64,000 bases of DNA from an uncultured bacterium (GTDB taxonomy: Bacteria > Patescibacteriota > Doudnabacteria > UBA920): assembly GCA_963749445.1 (NCBI GenBank), contig CAVVMJ010000003.1, positions 715 to 64,714 on the forward strand, given 5' to 3'. The stretch's first letter is position 1, and the number at the start of each line of letters is the position of its first letter. Below, in pieces: positions 50,629-62,200 of the stretch. A program made the position numbers and the translations under genes. The notes beneath the pieces were generated by a model that worked only from the letters and a program-made list of their open reading frames with translations, was not told the origin of the DNA and ran no database searches.

Positions 50629-50748
50629 TTTTAAGTTATAAGGCATTGCGGCCAGTATGGTAGTAAGTATTAAGTTGTAAGTTACTTACTGCCAACACCT
50701 TACAACTACACCGGCCGCCACAACCTACAACTATTAACCATCAAACAT

Positions 50749-51261
50749 ATGGACTTAAACAAAGTCATGATCATCGGCCGCCTGACGCGCGACCCGGAAA
50801 CCCGGACCACCCCCAGCGGCATCAATGTCTGCCAAATGGGCGTGGCCACGTCTTACGTTTACACCAACAGGGAAACCGGACAAAAAGTGGAAAATACCGA
50901 ATTCCACAATGTGGTGCTGTGGCGCAAACTCGGCGAAATCGCCCAGCAATATCTTAAAAAAGGCACCCAGGTATTCATTGAAGGACGACTCCAGACCCGC
51001 ACCTGGCAGGGACAGGACGGCGCCAAAAGAAACCGCACCGAGATCGTGGCCGACAACATGATTATGCTCGGCCGCCCAAGCGGCGCTTCAGCATCAAGCT
51101 CGGGTTCTTATTCCGCCCCCGCCAGAGCGTCGGCCAAAAACGAAATTGTGGACCAGCCGTCCCCCACCGAAGAACTGCCGACCATCCAGCAGGATTCCCC
51201 GACTCCCACTCCGGAAGCCGGCCAAAGCGAAAACATTAATGTGGAAGACATCCCGTTTTAA
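50749..51261 (+). CDS. ssb: Single-stranded DNA-binding protein
   Basis: NKV.IIGRL..DPE, EGRLQTR, DIPF tail. Confidence 0.97.
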   Translation: MDLNKVMIIGRLTRDPETRTTPSGINVCQMGVATSYVYTNRETGQKVENTEFHNVVLWRKLGEIAQQYLKKGTQVFIEGRLQTRTWQGQDGAKRNRTEIVADNMIMLGRPSGASASSSGSYSAPARASAKNEIVDQPSPTEELPTIQQDSPTPTPEAGQSENINVEDIPF

Positions 51262-51383
51262 GCGAAGCTTCTACTAAATACGAAAGAGACAAAAATACTA
51301 AAATTGACCCCAACTGAACAAAATTTACTGCAATCCAATTTTACGTTAATTTGTATTTAGTTTTTAAAAATTATTAATTTCTT

Positions 51384-51638
51384 ATGCGCCCATCCAACAA
51401 CCGAGATACCCGCAGCCGCGACAGCCAGCCCCAAATTAAAAAGCAGTGCTACTTTTGCAGCAATAAAACCACCACCGTGGACTACAAAGACACGCAAACC
51501 CTGCGCCGCTTTATGTCCCCGCACGCCAAAATTTTGGCGCACAACCGCACCGGCACCTGCCCCAAGCACCAGCGCATGGTGACCAAGGCCCTAAAGCACG
51601 CGCGCCACATGGCGCTGTTGCCGTTCGTTGCATCGTAA
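51384..51638 (+). CDS. rpsR: 30S ribosomal protein S18
   Basis: CYFC, DYKD, TGTC.KHQR, ALLPF. Confidence 0.96.
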   Translation: MRPSNNRDTRSRDSQPQIKKQCYFCSNKTTTVDYKDTQTLRRFMSPHAKILAHNRTGTCPKHQRMVTKALKHARHMALLPFVAS

Positions 51639-51718
51639 CAAAATTAACCAATTGCGGATTACGTATTACGGATTCACTCAATTCGTAATTCGCAATCCGT
51701 AATGTTCAATTGAAACAA

Positions 51719-52279
51719 ATGGATTTAAACGACATGAAAATCGGGACAATCATTCTTTGGGAAAAACAGCCCGTAATGATTATTTGGTCAAACCGGATGC
51801 GCACCGCCCAAAGAAAACCGGTGATGCAGACCAAAATGCGCAACGTCATAACCGGCAAAGTCTACGAGTACTCTTTTAAGTTCGGCGAAAGCATTGAGGA
51901 AGCCGATGTGGTCCGCGAAAAAGCCAATTTTTTATATGCGGACGCCGAAGGCACGCACTTTATGAATAACGAGACCTTTGAGACAGTGGACATTGCCAAA
52001 GACGTCACGCTGGAGCAAGAAAAGTTTTTGAAAGAAGGGATGGAAGTCAGCATTTTGCGCTTTAACGACAAACCTGTGTCCATCGAATTGCCCATAAAAA
52101 TCGAACTCAAAGTAACCGAAGCCCCGCCCTCTACCGTCGGTAACAGCGGCGGCAACGTCACCAAACCGGTCACGCTGGAAACCGGCCTGGTCGTCAACGC
52201 CCCCATGTTCATTAAGGAAGGCGACGTGCTTAGAATTGACTCCCGCTCCGGCGAATATGTGGAAAGAGCGGCACAATAA
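51719..52279 (+). CDS. efp: Elongation factor P
   Basis: KP.TLETG...PMFIKEG...IDSR.GEY. Confidence 0.94.
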   Translation: MDLNDMKIGTIILWEKQPVMIIWSNRMRTAQRKPVMQTKMRNVITGKVYEYSFKFGESIEEADVVREKANFLYADAEGTHFMNNETFETVDIAKDVTLEQEKFLKEGMEVSILRFNDKPVSIELPIKIELKVTEAPPSTVGNSGGNVTKPVTLETGLVVNAPMFIKEGDVLRIDSRSGEYVERAAQ

Positions 52280-52512
52280 CTAACACGGATCTACGGATTT
52301 GATGCGGATCTACGGACGGCTACGGATTCCAAGTTATATCCATCCTGAATTTTTTTGCGCTGATGATTATCAAAAGCTGCAAAAAATCTGTCCTAAGAGA
52401 AGCCGAAGGATATTCAGGATCCATCATAAAGCATTTTAAAACTCCCATACTCTATAGTATGGGAGTTTTTCAACTGGTAATCTTTTGTCGGCAAAAAAAG
52501 GATTATCTTAAA

Positions 52513-52734
52513 TTAAACCGAACCACTTAAGTACTTCTCCCCGAGCGAAATAATAATTTCGGCGGTTTTTATGGATTCCTTATACCATTTCTCGATGACT
52601 ATGGGATTATAAGAACTAATGCCCTGGATTTCCATTTTATGCACGCCGTCGTCCTCGGCCCGCCCTTCGTTGGAAGAGCTGATCCTGATTTTGAACAATT
52701 CCGTGGCTAACGCGATAACTTTATCTTTTTCCAT
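52513..52734 (-). CDS. Small hypothetical protein
   Basis: Co-oriented ORF at the end of a minus-strand cluster. Confidence 0.5.
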   Translation of the reverse strand: MEKDKVIALATELFKIRISSSNEGRAEDDGVHKMEIQGISSYNPIVIEKWYKESIKTAEIIISLGEKYLSGSV

Positions 52735-52746
52735 AGGCCTTGATTT

Positions 52747-53241
52747 TTATTTTTCCACATTCAGCGTAACCCGGTCTTTGCCGTCGCAGGTTACCACAAG
52801 ATTGCCTAAAACTTGCGGATAAAGCACGGCGTAATCGTAACCGGCTATTTTAAAAGTTTGCGTGTCGGCTTTAAAAGTATGGGCAATGGCGTCGCGGTTA
52901 TCCAGCATTACCGGCGAGCCTTTTTTTACCGCGATGGTGGCCGGAGTGCCTTGGCACTGGCTGAACTGGAAACGCTCCGTGTAGGTTTTTATGGCATCGC
53001 CGTAGGAAAGTTTTCCCGGCACTATGCTGGCGCTCGGTGGAGTTGCGGTGGCGGCCGGTGAAACAACGTTATTTGAATTGCCGCCCTGTTGGGCGCTATT
53101 TTGGCCGCCGGTATGCGTATAGGCATAAATTCCCAAGGCGGCCAGTACTAAAACGACAATGCCCGCGACTAAATAAGCCGATCTTTTGCTGGCCCAATCA
53201 TATTTTTTTGGCTGATTATTTACTCCGTTAGAATCTGGCAT
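52747..53241 (-). CDS. Membrane-anchored protein with cupredoxin-like domain
   Basis: TM helix, linker, P..I.VKKG..V...N.D...HT pattern. Confidence 0.6.
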   Translation of the reverse strand: MPDSNGVNNQPKKYDWASKRSAYLVAGIVVLVLAALGIYAYTHTGGQNSAQQGGNSNNVVSPAATATPPSASIVPGKLSYGDAIKTYTERFQFSQCQGTPATIAVKKGSPVMLDNRDAIAHTFKADTQTFKIAGYDYAVLYPQVLGNLVVTCDGKDRVTLNVEK

Positions 53242-53272
53242 ATATTTTACAATTAATTTTAATAATCAAAAT

Positions 53273-53521
53273 TTAATTTTTTTGCCTAAGAGCCCTGCCA
53301 ATCCAAATCACAATAATGGCTCCAACAACAGCCACCACCAGGCTGTATAAATTAAAACCGGTTATGCCCGCGTGACCCAATGCGTTCATAATGAATCCAC
53401 CGACAAGGGCGCCGATCATGCCTAAAATAATGTCCCAGAGCAGCCCTTCGCCCTTACCCATAATGTTAGAGGCAATAAAACCCACAATCGCCCCAAAAAT
53501 AATCCAAAGTATAATTCCCAT
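53273..53521 (-). CDS. GlsB/YeaQ/YmgE transglycosylase-associated protein
   Basis: WII.G.IVG.IA...IILG.IGA.VGG...AVVGA. Confidence 0.88.
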   Translation of the reverse strand: MGIILWIIFGAIVGFIASNIMGKGEGLLWDIILGMIGALVGGFIMNALGHAGITGFNLYSLVVAVVGAIIVIWIGRALRQKN

Positions 53522-53635
53522 TTATCCGCCTAAATTTTGCCGTTATTTTGGCAAACTTAATTATTAAAACAGATATTTTTGATTAAAGTCTTTTGAATAT
53601 TACCCGAAAAATTTTGGCGGGTAAAATTAGTTTAA

Positions 53636-54007
53636 TTATTTATCCTGATTGTCCAACTTTACCGCGGCTTCCGGAGTGGATACGGTTTTGCCCATAACCA
53701 GGAGCTTGGCAATTGCCATGGCAATTAGCCAATAAACCAGCATGGCAAGCAATGTTGTCCATTCAAAGATGCTGCCGTTAACATTGCTAATCTTAAACAC
53801 ACTCAAGAAAGGCGCGGCGAACGGATAGGTAATGCCATAGATAAAACTGGTAAATCCGGCGGCGGGATTGGCGCCGAATAATTTAAGCAAAAACCGAAAC
53901 GCCAAGATGGCTTCCAAAAGGCCGGCAATATACCAAACAATCTGGGTGCCGCGGTAAAGCGGCTTGGTGCTAAGCGAGTTGTATGAATCTTTGGTTTGAT
54001 TTTCCAT
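53636..54007 (-). CDS. YggT-like membrane protein
   Basis: RF.LKL.GANP...F..FIY..T.P...PF. Confidence 0.75.
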   Translation of the reverse strand: MENQTKDSYNSLSTKPLYRGTQIVWYIAGLLEAILAFRFLLKLFGANPAAGFTSFIYGITYPFAAPFLSVFKISNVNGSIFEWTTLLAMLVYWLIAMAIAKLLVMGKTVSTPEAAVKLDNQDK

Positions 54008-54242
54008 ATATTTTTCGTTTAAGTTAATAAAGATTACTGCGACCTTTAACAGTGAGATAATTCTTAAAGTTTAAAAAGGGCGGGATTAACAAAGGCCATA
54101 CTGGCTGCGATCATCGCGGCAAAAATTAGCTTCGCCGCAAAAACCGCCGCGTTTTGAGCGGAATAGCCTGCGCGGGCGTTGGTCCAATTTTCAGACAAGT
54201 TATTATAGGGCATAGAAAGGCCATTCCTTGCATAAACCTCGG

Positions 54243-54548
54243 TTAAATAATTTCTTTGGTAATTAATTGGGCAATCCGGTTATCAATCCTAAGTTTGTAA
54301 AAAACTTTTTGGCCGAGTTTTTCTTTTAATAAAATTTTCGCCTGCGCCAGGATTTTAAGATGCTGGGAAGCCAGCGGTATTGAAATGCGCAAAATTTTGG
54401 CCATATCGCCGACGCCGAGCCGTGACTGTTTGCCCAGCATTTCAAAAATCCTATAACGGTTGGCGTCGCCGAGTATCTTAAAAATTATTCTCTGGTCTGT
54501 GCCGTTAAAGCCTTTGCGGATTTTCGTGATTTGTTTGTCGGTAAGCAT
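54243..54548 (-). CDS. ArsR/SmtB family regulator
   Basis: FK.LGD.NR..I, SQHLKIL, G.KV.Y. Confidence 0.88.
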   Translation of the reverse strand: MLTDKQITKIRKGFNGTDQRIIFKILGDANRYRIFEMLGKQSRLGVGDMAKILRISIPLASQHLKILAQAKILLKEKLGQKVFYKLRIDNRIAQLITKEII

Positions 54549-55079
54549 ATATTTTTACTGCCTTTAATATTTTAAAATTTGCCGCGACCCATGTCATCCG
54601 GGGTACTCAAACAAGCCGGAGCGGGGTTTCACCGTCTTCCGGCCCGGGCTCATCCTGAAAACGATAATATAAATTCGTTCGGGATGGCGCCAAGGATAAA
54701 ATTGATGCTAAACTCTGCCGCTAGGGATTGACAATTTAACCGATTATAGAACTTACGCTTTTTAGTTTGAAAATCTTTGCTTTAAAAAATAAAACGCGTA
54801 AGTCCCATAATCAATTAAACGGTTGGTTAGTTGTTTAACCGTTAATGTCATCCATTGCCTTAAGCGTACTCCCTATTATAGATAGTGTATATAGCTGTCA
54901 AATTAGTTATCCCCTTTTCAGGAGCTTTCTGTCTTTTTTGGACGATAATTTAACAATTAAACAACTATTTAACTGCTTAACTGCGCAACTAACCATTTCT
55001 TATGGCTTAACTCGGGCTGTAATGTTGTAATGGATGTTTTACCTTGTACAAACCGGCCGATAAGGCATAGACTTAAGCT

Positions 55080-55871
55080 ATGGCGAATTTAAAAATCTCA
55101 AAATTTACAGTCCTGTTGGTTATCGCGGCGATAATTTTTGCGGCAGTTGCTTTGCGTTACATTAACAGCAGAATGCCGCAGGTGATAAATTACAATGATC
55201 AAGCGGGCAGCTCGGCTACCACAACCCCAAACGGCAGCGCGGCTTCGGAGCCGCAAACTAAACCGGCCCCCGCGCCCGCCTCTTCAAGCACGCAGCCAAG
55301 TTCGCTGAATTTGCCAATCCCCTTTACCTCCCAGGCGCCAACCGGCAACTGGGACACAGTCCACAATGAAGACTGCGAGGAAGCCGGCGCGGTTATGGCC
55401 AATGCTTATTTAACCGGCAACACCGCGGTGGTTCTTCCGGCCGCGCAGGTGGAAACCGAAATGACCGCCTTAAACAATTGGGAAGACAGCCATTTTGGCT
55501 ACCATCTGGACACTACCGCTGCTGAAACCGCGCAAATGATTACAGGCTATTACGGGCTTAAGGCAACAGTTCAGGACGGTTACACTCTTTCGGATATTAA
55601 AGATCAAATCAATTTGCATCACGTTGTTATTTTGCCGGTTAACGGCCGTCTTATTGGCAACCCCAACTACACGCAGCCCGGGCCGATTTACCATATGCTG
55701 GTTATCCGCGGATATACAATGGCAGGATTGATTACCGACGACTCCGGCACCAGGCGCGGGCAGAACTATCCATACACTTTTGAAATTTTACACAACGCGG
55801 GCGCGGACTGGAACCATTCTACTAATACAATAGATCAGACAAAAAAAGTGATGATTGTGGTTTCCAAATAA
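55080..55871 (+). CDS. Membrane-anchored C39-like cysteine peptidase
   Basis: PF.SQAP..W....CEE, HMLV.RGY. Confidence 0.78.
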   Translation: MANLKISKFTVLLVIAAIIFAAVALRYINSRMPQVINYNDQAGSSATTTPNGSAASEPQTKPAPAPASSSTQPSSLNLPIPFTSQAPTGNWDTVHNEDCEEAGAVMANAYLTGNTAVVLPAAQVETEMTALNNWEDSHFGYHLDTTAAETAQMITGYYGLKATVQDGYTLSDIKDQINLHHVVILPVNGRLIGNPNYTQPGPIYHMLVIRGYTMAGLITDDSGTRRGQNYPYTFEILHNAGADWNHSTNTIDQTKKVMIVVSK

Positions 55872-55974
55872 TTTTTGTCATTGCGAGGAGGCCGGGGCTT
55901 TGTCCGGTCGACGCGGCAATCTTGTCATAAGATAAAGATTGCTTCGGCTGCACTCGCAATGACAAACTAAATTG

Positions 55975-56655
55975 ATGTTCAAAATAAAATTCCCAAAACT
56001 GGATATGCTTTCCGCCGGGATTATTTTTGTGGCGCTTGCGAGCGCGGGACTTTTCATTTTTAAAGTCGTCATTCCCAAAGTTATGCCGGCTACGGTTATT
56101 CTCCAAGTACCTTTTAGCGCGCAAGCGCCGACTAACGACTGGAATCGCAACGAAGACTGCGAAGAAACCAGTATTACCATGGCCAACGCCTTTTTAACCG
56201 GAACCACCCAAGACAAATTACCCGCAGATGCGGCTCAAAACGCGATAAATAATCTTAAAGCTTGGGAACAAATCAATTTAGGCTATAACGCCAACACGGG
56301 CGTGGACGCGACCACACAAATGGCGCAAGGCGCTTTCGGTCTAAAAATTACGCAAATCCAGAATTTCACGGAAACCGATTTAAAAACAGCGCTTGAAAAC
56401 AACCATCCTATCCTTTTACCCATAAACGCTAAACTTTTGGGAAGCGCGCAATACGCAAACGGCGGCCCAACTTATCATATGATAGTCCTGCGCGGTTTTA
56501 AAGGCGACACTTTCATAGTCAACGACCCGGGCACAGACAACGGCGACGGCAATGAATATCCCTTCTCTGTCCTGGAAAACGCCTCGGCCGACTGGAATAA
56601 TGCCACAAAAAGCATTGACTCAACCAGAAAATTCGCGCTTATTGTATCTAGATAA
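55975..56655 (+). CDS. C39-like cysteine peptidase (tandem paralog)
   Basis: PFSAQAP..W...CEE, HM.V.RG, NDPG. Confidence 0.78.
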   Translation: MFKIKFPKLDMLSAGIIFVALASAGLFIFKVVIPKVMPATVILQVPFSAQAPTNDWNRNEDCEETSITMANAFLTGTTQDKLPADAAQNAINNLKAWEQINLGYNANTGVDATTQMAQGAFGLKITQIQNFTETDLKTALENNHPILLPINAKLLGSAQYANGGPTYHMIVLRGFKGDTFIVNDPGTDNGDGNEYPFSVLENASADWNNATKSIDSTRKFALIVSR

Positions 56656-56800
56656 TAAGCGATATCCGTAGCTCCGAGCCGGCAACACAAAATGTCCTTT
56701 AGTTCACTTTTTTAGACATTTTAAACCCCTCCGCGAAGAGGGGTTTAAAATTTTTCAATCGGATATTTATTGCGGCTGCGAGATACTATTACAAAAATTA

Positions 56801-59164
56801 TTACTGGCACATCTGGCGTAAAGATACCAGGCTGCCTTTTTGCAAATTGCCATCAGCCGCGTTGGCCGGCACTACGCGGGAAAAATCGTTATCCGTGTGC
56901 CAGGAATTATAAACGGCCACGGACGGGTAGCCGTGCAAAAGCGAGCCGTCATACCAGTAAACCGTACCGCGAAAATTCACGTCCAAACCGGACATATGCG
57001 CGGCTTTGGGATTGGAAATTATGCCGCCTGGCGACACCTGATTTAATTCGGGGGCGGTAACCGTCAGTACGGAAGAAAATTTAAAACCCAAGCCCAAAAA
57101 CACGCCGGCCGAGGTAAAGCCGTGCTTGGTGCCGCCGGAAATAAGGGACACGGTCGGATTAACCGGCGACTTCACCAAAGCTCCGTCATTCGGCAGAAGC
57201 AAAGATCCGGCCGGCAAAGCGCGAAAAGCGGCGGTTGCCGGTACGGCATCCTTAAATTCATAGCCAAAAGAAAAGAGCATTCCGGGATTGGTAATGCCGC
57301 GGCGCACGTTATCTTGGATAAGATAATACGTACCGGCATCATTAATTAAGCACATATTGATATATTGGCCGCCGTCGCCTGAAGGGGCAGGGACGACAGG
57401 GACAGCCCCGGCTGTCGGCGTGGTTGACCCTACGGCTACGGCCTGCGATAAATTGCCGGAACTATTTTTCGTAAAAACTGCATAAGCGTAAGCGGTGTTG
57501 TTGGTTAAACCGGAATCAAGAAAAGATTGGCCTGTTCCGCTGTAAACCAAGACACCGTCTGTGGCGCTGGCCGGAGCGCTGTTGCCGGCTTTACGAACAA
57601 TAACGGTTGCCGTCCAGCCCGAAGACGCGGGCGGATTAACCCAGGTAATCAGCGCCTGCCCGTTGCCGGGCTGTATGGCAAAATTAGTGATTGCTGATGT
57701 ATTGCCGGTTGAAGATCCAGCTCCACCACCACCGCCTCCACCACCACCGCCTCCACCGCCGGAAGGGACGGTTTGGGTAGTGACAGAAATGGGTGATGAT
57801 TGGCTGGATTCGTTACCCGCACCGTCGTAAGCAGACACAGCGTAAGTATATGCTGTTGAAGCGGACAAGCTAGCATCGGAATAAGAAACAGAGGTGGTCG
57901 TGGCTATTTTTGATCCTCCCCGATATATATTATAGCCGGCCACTCCCGCGGTATCGGTAGAAGCCGTCCAGGACAGATTGATTTGGCTGCTTGATACCGC
58001 GATGGCGGAAAAATTGGTAGGGATAGTGGGCGCCGTATTATCCACAATAAAAGTTGCAGAGGGGCCGGCGCCCAGGGCTGTGTTGCCGGCTGCATCCGAA
58101 GCGGTACCGGCAGCCAAGCTGATGCCCAAAGTCCCGTCGCCGGTGATGCCAGAGATGGTGACAGTACGATTGGAAGTACCGGAGCCGGAAACCGCGACAG
58201 TACCGGTAGCGGTGCCCGTCTTGTTTAAAGTAACATTGGCGTTTGCTAAAGTTACGGTGCCAGCGCCTGTATACGTGATAGTGTAGGTCACAGGCCCTGA
58301 CTTGGTTGATGGGACGGACGGGGAACCGGTGGACAAAGTCGGAGCGGTGTTGTCCACGGTAAAAGTAGCGCCCGAAGAAGGGGCAGACCTAACAAGGTCT
58401 CCATCCAAATCCGTACCGGTGGGGATGGAAACAATTGCGGCGCCATTGCCGGCGCCGACCACATAAGTATATGAGTATACGGTAGGAGACGTCTTGACCA
58501 TATTGGCGGCCGCGACCGTGTTGGCGCCGGATATGGCGATTTGCGGGACAGGAGAATCCCTTAAAGCCCGCGAGAAAGTTGCGGTGATGGTTAAACTATC
58601 CCCTGCTTTGACAATACCGTCGGCATCGGAATACGTAATGACCGCTAACGGCGGCTGATTCAACGTAATAGTGCCGTCAACTCCCAGTATCACCAAAGAA
58701 CTAGCATCCAAACTGGTGCCGCGCAGATTGTTAAGATGCAACGGAACGGATGTCGCGATAATGTCTGTGGCCATTGTAATTATAACGTGGGCCACCACTC
58801 CATTGCCTAACAGATTATCATTCAGCCCCGATTCAAGACAAAAAACCGAACCGGCCCCTGCGTTTATATTGCAGCTTATATCTTTTCCCGCGGCCGCGGC
58901 CACCGGCCCCTGCGTTTCGGACACAGACGCCACGTCAGCGGAGTTAAACGATATCGCCCATTGGATGTCGGTCGGACTATCCGACGCAGTGGTATTGTCA
59001 AGGGAAAGGTCTAACGTCACCGGGCCGCCCGGCGTGGCAATGCCGCTAGCCAACGTCAGCGTGGAATAATAATCCGCTTTCGCGGCATGGTTAAAACCAA
59101 AGCTAAAAACCAAGCCTCCGGCGAAAGCTATACAAACAAATAAAAATCTCTCCAAATTTGACAT
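56801..59164 (-). CDS. Secreted surface protein: cohesin-like, Ig-like, FN3, poly-Gly, C-terminal surface repeats
   Basis: Signal peptide; FN3 LSWTASTD..GV.GY.IYR...Y.Y.V.AYD; three terminal repeats. Confidence 0.8.
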   Translation of the reverse strand: MSNLERFLFVCIAFAGGLVFSFGFNHAAKADYYSTLTLASGIATPGGPVTLDLSLDNTTASDSPTDIQWAISFNSADVASVSETQGPVAAAAGKDISCNINAGAGSVFCLESGLNDNLLGNGVVAHVIITMATDIIATSVPLHLNNLRGTSLDASSLVILGVDGTITLNQPPLAVITYSDADGIVKAGDSLTITATFSRALRDSPVPQIAISGANTVAAANMVKTSPTVYSYTYVVGAGNGAAIVSIPTGTDLDGDLVRSAPSSGATFTVDNTAPTLSTGSPSVPSTKSGPVTYTITYTGAGTVTLANANVTLNKTGTATGTVAVSGSGTSNRTVTISGITGDGTLGISLAAGTASDAAGNTALGAGPSATFIVDNTAPTIPTNFSAIAVSSSQINLSWTASTDTAGVAGYNIYRGGSKIATTTSVSYSDASLSASTAYTYAVSAYDGAGNESSQSSPISVTTQTVPSGGGGGGGGGGGGGAGSSTGNTSAITNFAIQPGNGQALITWVNPPASSGWTATVIVRKAGNSAPASATDGVLVYSGTGQSFLDSGLTNNTAYAYAVFTKNSSGNLSQAVAVGSTTPTAGAVPVVPAPSGDGGQYINMCLINDAGTYYLIQDNVRRGITNPGMLFSFGYEFKDAVPATAAFRALPAGSLLLPNDGALVKSPVNPTVSLISGGTKHGFTSAGVFLGLGFKFSSVLTVTAPELNQVSPGGIISNPKAAHMSGLDVNFRGTVYWYDGSLLHGYPSVAVYNSWHTDNDFSRVVPANAADGNLQKGSLVSLRQMCQ

Positions 59165-59236
59165 TTTTTTGATTTTTTCCGTCCTCAAGCAATTACCCTT
59201 TATACATCTTACCAAAATAACTAAAAATCTCCAAAA

Positions 59237-62200
59237 TTACCGAGCCGGGAACCATTGGCCTTGGGGAATATAGCCAAAATTAACCTGAAAATTCCCCGAA
59301 ACGCCGGCATTGGCGATAGCCTGATTGACCATATTATTAATATTATTAGCCAAATTGCTTGGCAAAGGATTTCCAAACGAAGTTGGATTTACAATATTAG
59401 GCGCGAGGTTATTGTATGTTCCCGAGTAATTGTAATTGTTGCACGAATTGTTAACGCAGGTATTAATCGTCGTGTTGTTAAAACTATTGTTAATCGGATT
59501 AAGATTGCCTCCGGTGGATTGCGGTATAATATAAACGCTGCAGCTCGCGGACTGGCTGCCGCTGGTAACCGTGACAGAGCGGCCACCTGAGCTTGAATAG
59601 CTGGTGCTAAAACTGGCTCCGCTGCCCGAGGCGGGATTTTCCCCGCCACTCCAGGAATAGCTGCCGCTACCGCCGATTGCCATAAAAATTACGGCTTGAT
59701 TCACATTCACCGAAGACTGGCTGGCGCTGCAGCTCACAGTCTGCGCCACTGCCGGACATTGAGACTGGGCCTGGTTTTGGGCGTTAATTTGAGCCTGATT
59801 TTGGGCTTTGTTCTGGGCATCAGCTTGGCTGACATTGCTGGTGGCTGTGGCAGAGGCTGTGGCTGTTTGCGTGCCTCCGGCCGGACAGTTAACCGTAGCC
59901 GTTTGGGTGACTATGGCGGTAAAGGTCGTGGGATTTGGCTGGCTTACATTCACCGTGCCACAACTGGCTGAATGGCCGGCGTTGTCGTTTAAGGTTACCT
60001 GGAAACTGCCAGAGTTGCCGTAAGTCGCGGTTAGGCCGCTGATGTTGGAAGCGCCGGAAGCCACCAAGGTATAAGGGCTTTGGCCGCCGTTGGCGGAAAA
60101 ACTGACGCTGCCGTTGACATTAATGTTAATAGAAGAAGTTGGTTGGCAAGTTAAATTAACCGGCGCCGGACATTGAGACTGGGCCTGGTTTTGGGCGTTA
60201 ATTTGAGCCTGAGCCTGGGCTTTGCTCTGGGCATCAGCTTGGCTGACATTGCTGGTGGCCGTAGCAGACGCTGTGGCTGTTTGCGTGGAGCCGTTTGGAC
60301 AGCTAACGGTGGCCGTTTGGGTAACCGTGGCGGTAAAGGTCGTGGGATTATTGGCATTAACATAAATTGGATTGCTAGCTGCCGTAGGCGTGGAACAGAC
60401 ATTGGCGTAACCGGATTTATTTTGAACCTGACACATGATAATTTCGGCTCCCGAATTTGGCGCGGTGCAGGAAAAGTTTGCGGCCGTGCCCGTAAAGCCG
60501 GTAAAACTGTTACAGCCTGCGGGCGTGGGAATAAACGCGTTGGCCACGCCAAAATCACAGCTTACGGAAAAAACCTGTCCCGAATCAACCCTGGCCGGCG
60601 CGGTCACAATGCCAGATGAGGGAGTCATGCATACCTGATTGTTGACATTAACCATTACTGTGCCGCAACTGGCTGAATGGCCGGCGTTGTCACTTAAAGT
60701 TACCTGGAAACTGCCAGAGTTGCCGTAAGTTGCGGTCAGGCCGCTGACATTGGCACCGGGGGCGCTCAAGCTGTAATTCCCGTTGCCGCCGCTGCCTTGG
60801 AAGCTGACGCTACCGTTGACATTAATGTTAGTGGAAGAAGTCGGTTGGCAAGTTAAATTAACCGGCGCCGGACATTGAGACTGGGCCTGGTTTTGGGCGT
60901 TAATCTGCGCCTGGTTTTGGGCTTTGCTCTGGGCATCCTGTTGGCTGACATTACTTGTGGCCGTAGCAGGGGCTGTGGCTGTTTGCGTGGAACCGTTTGG
61001 ACAGCTAACGGTGGCCGTGGCCGATGCCGTGGCGGTAAAGGTCGTGGGAGCGCTAACATTGATGGCGTTACTGACCGCCGTGGGTGTGGAGCATACATTC
61101 GTATAGCCGACTTTATTTTGAATCTGGCACATTATAACTATGCTTCCCGAACCGGGCGCGGTGCAGGAAAAATTGGCGGCCGTGCCCGAAAATCCGGTAA
61201 AACTGCTACAGCCTCCTGGTGTGGGAATAAACGCGTTGGCTACCCCAAAATCACAGCTCACGTTAAATACCTGTCCGGGATCAACGTTGGCCGGCGCAAT
61301 CACGTTGCCGGACGAAGGAGCTGTGCACGCCGGAGTGTTGGGACTGACAGTCACCGTGCCGCAACTGGCTGAATGGCCGGCGTTGTCGTTAACGGAAACC
61401 GAATAACTGCCGCTGTTGTTGTATGTCGCGGTCAGGCCGCTGATGTTGGAAGCGCCGGAAGCAATCAAAGCATAAGGACTTTGGCCGCCGGTGGCGGAAA
61501 AGCTGACGCTGCCGTTGATATTAATGTTAGTGGAAGAAGTCGGCTGGCAGGATAACGGATTACTGACGGCGTTGTTAATAGTGATGCTAACCCCGTTGGA
61601 AGTCCCAATTTGCCCTAGTGAATCCGTGGCCTTAGCCGTTAAAATGTGGCTGCCGTTGGCAAAGGCAGTGGTATTCCAGGAAACGGCATAAGGCGTAACA
61701 TTGGCCGTACCCAGCGCGGTGTTGCCGTCAATAAAAAACGCGACATTAGCTATCGTGGCGCCGCTCTGCGCCGCAGCCGTTGCTGTAATGGTAGCCGAAC
61801 TGCCGGAAACCGCGGCGCCGCTGGCCGGCGAAACAATGGCCACGGTGGGCGGCATATTATTTTGCGATTGTTTGACGGTCAAATTTACGTCCGTTGCGGT
61901 CATGGAATCTGACTTTCCATCCAAGGTCGTCCAACGCGCATCGGAAAAATGCAAAGGAATGGAAACGGCGGAAGTACTGATTGATAAAGTAACCGTCACG
62001 GTTCCCAAAGTGCCGTTGGCAATAGTGTTGTTGTTCAATCCGGCTATTAAGCAAAAGAGCCTACCGCTGGAACTCGCGCAGCTGGCTGAATCGCCGGCAT
62101 CCTTGGTCGCCTGGCCGTCAGCTTTCCAGGAAATTGACGTTATATCCGCCGGATTATAATTTAAAGCAAACTGCACGCCAGCCGGTTGCTGCGGGGCGCC

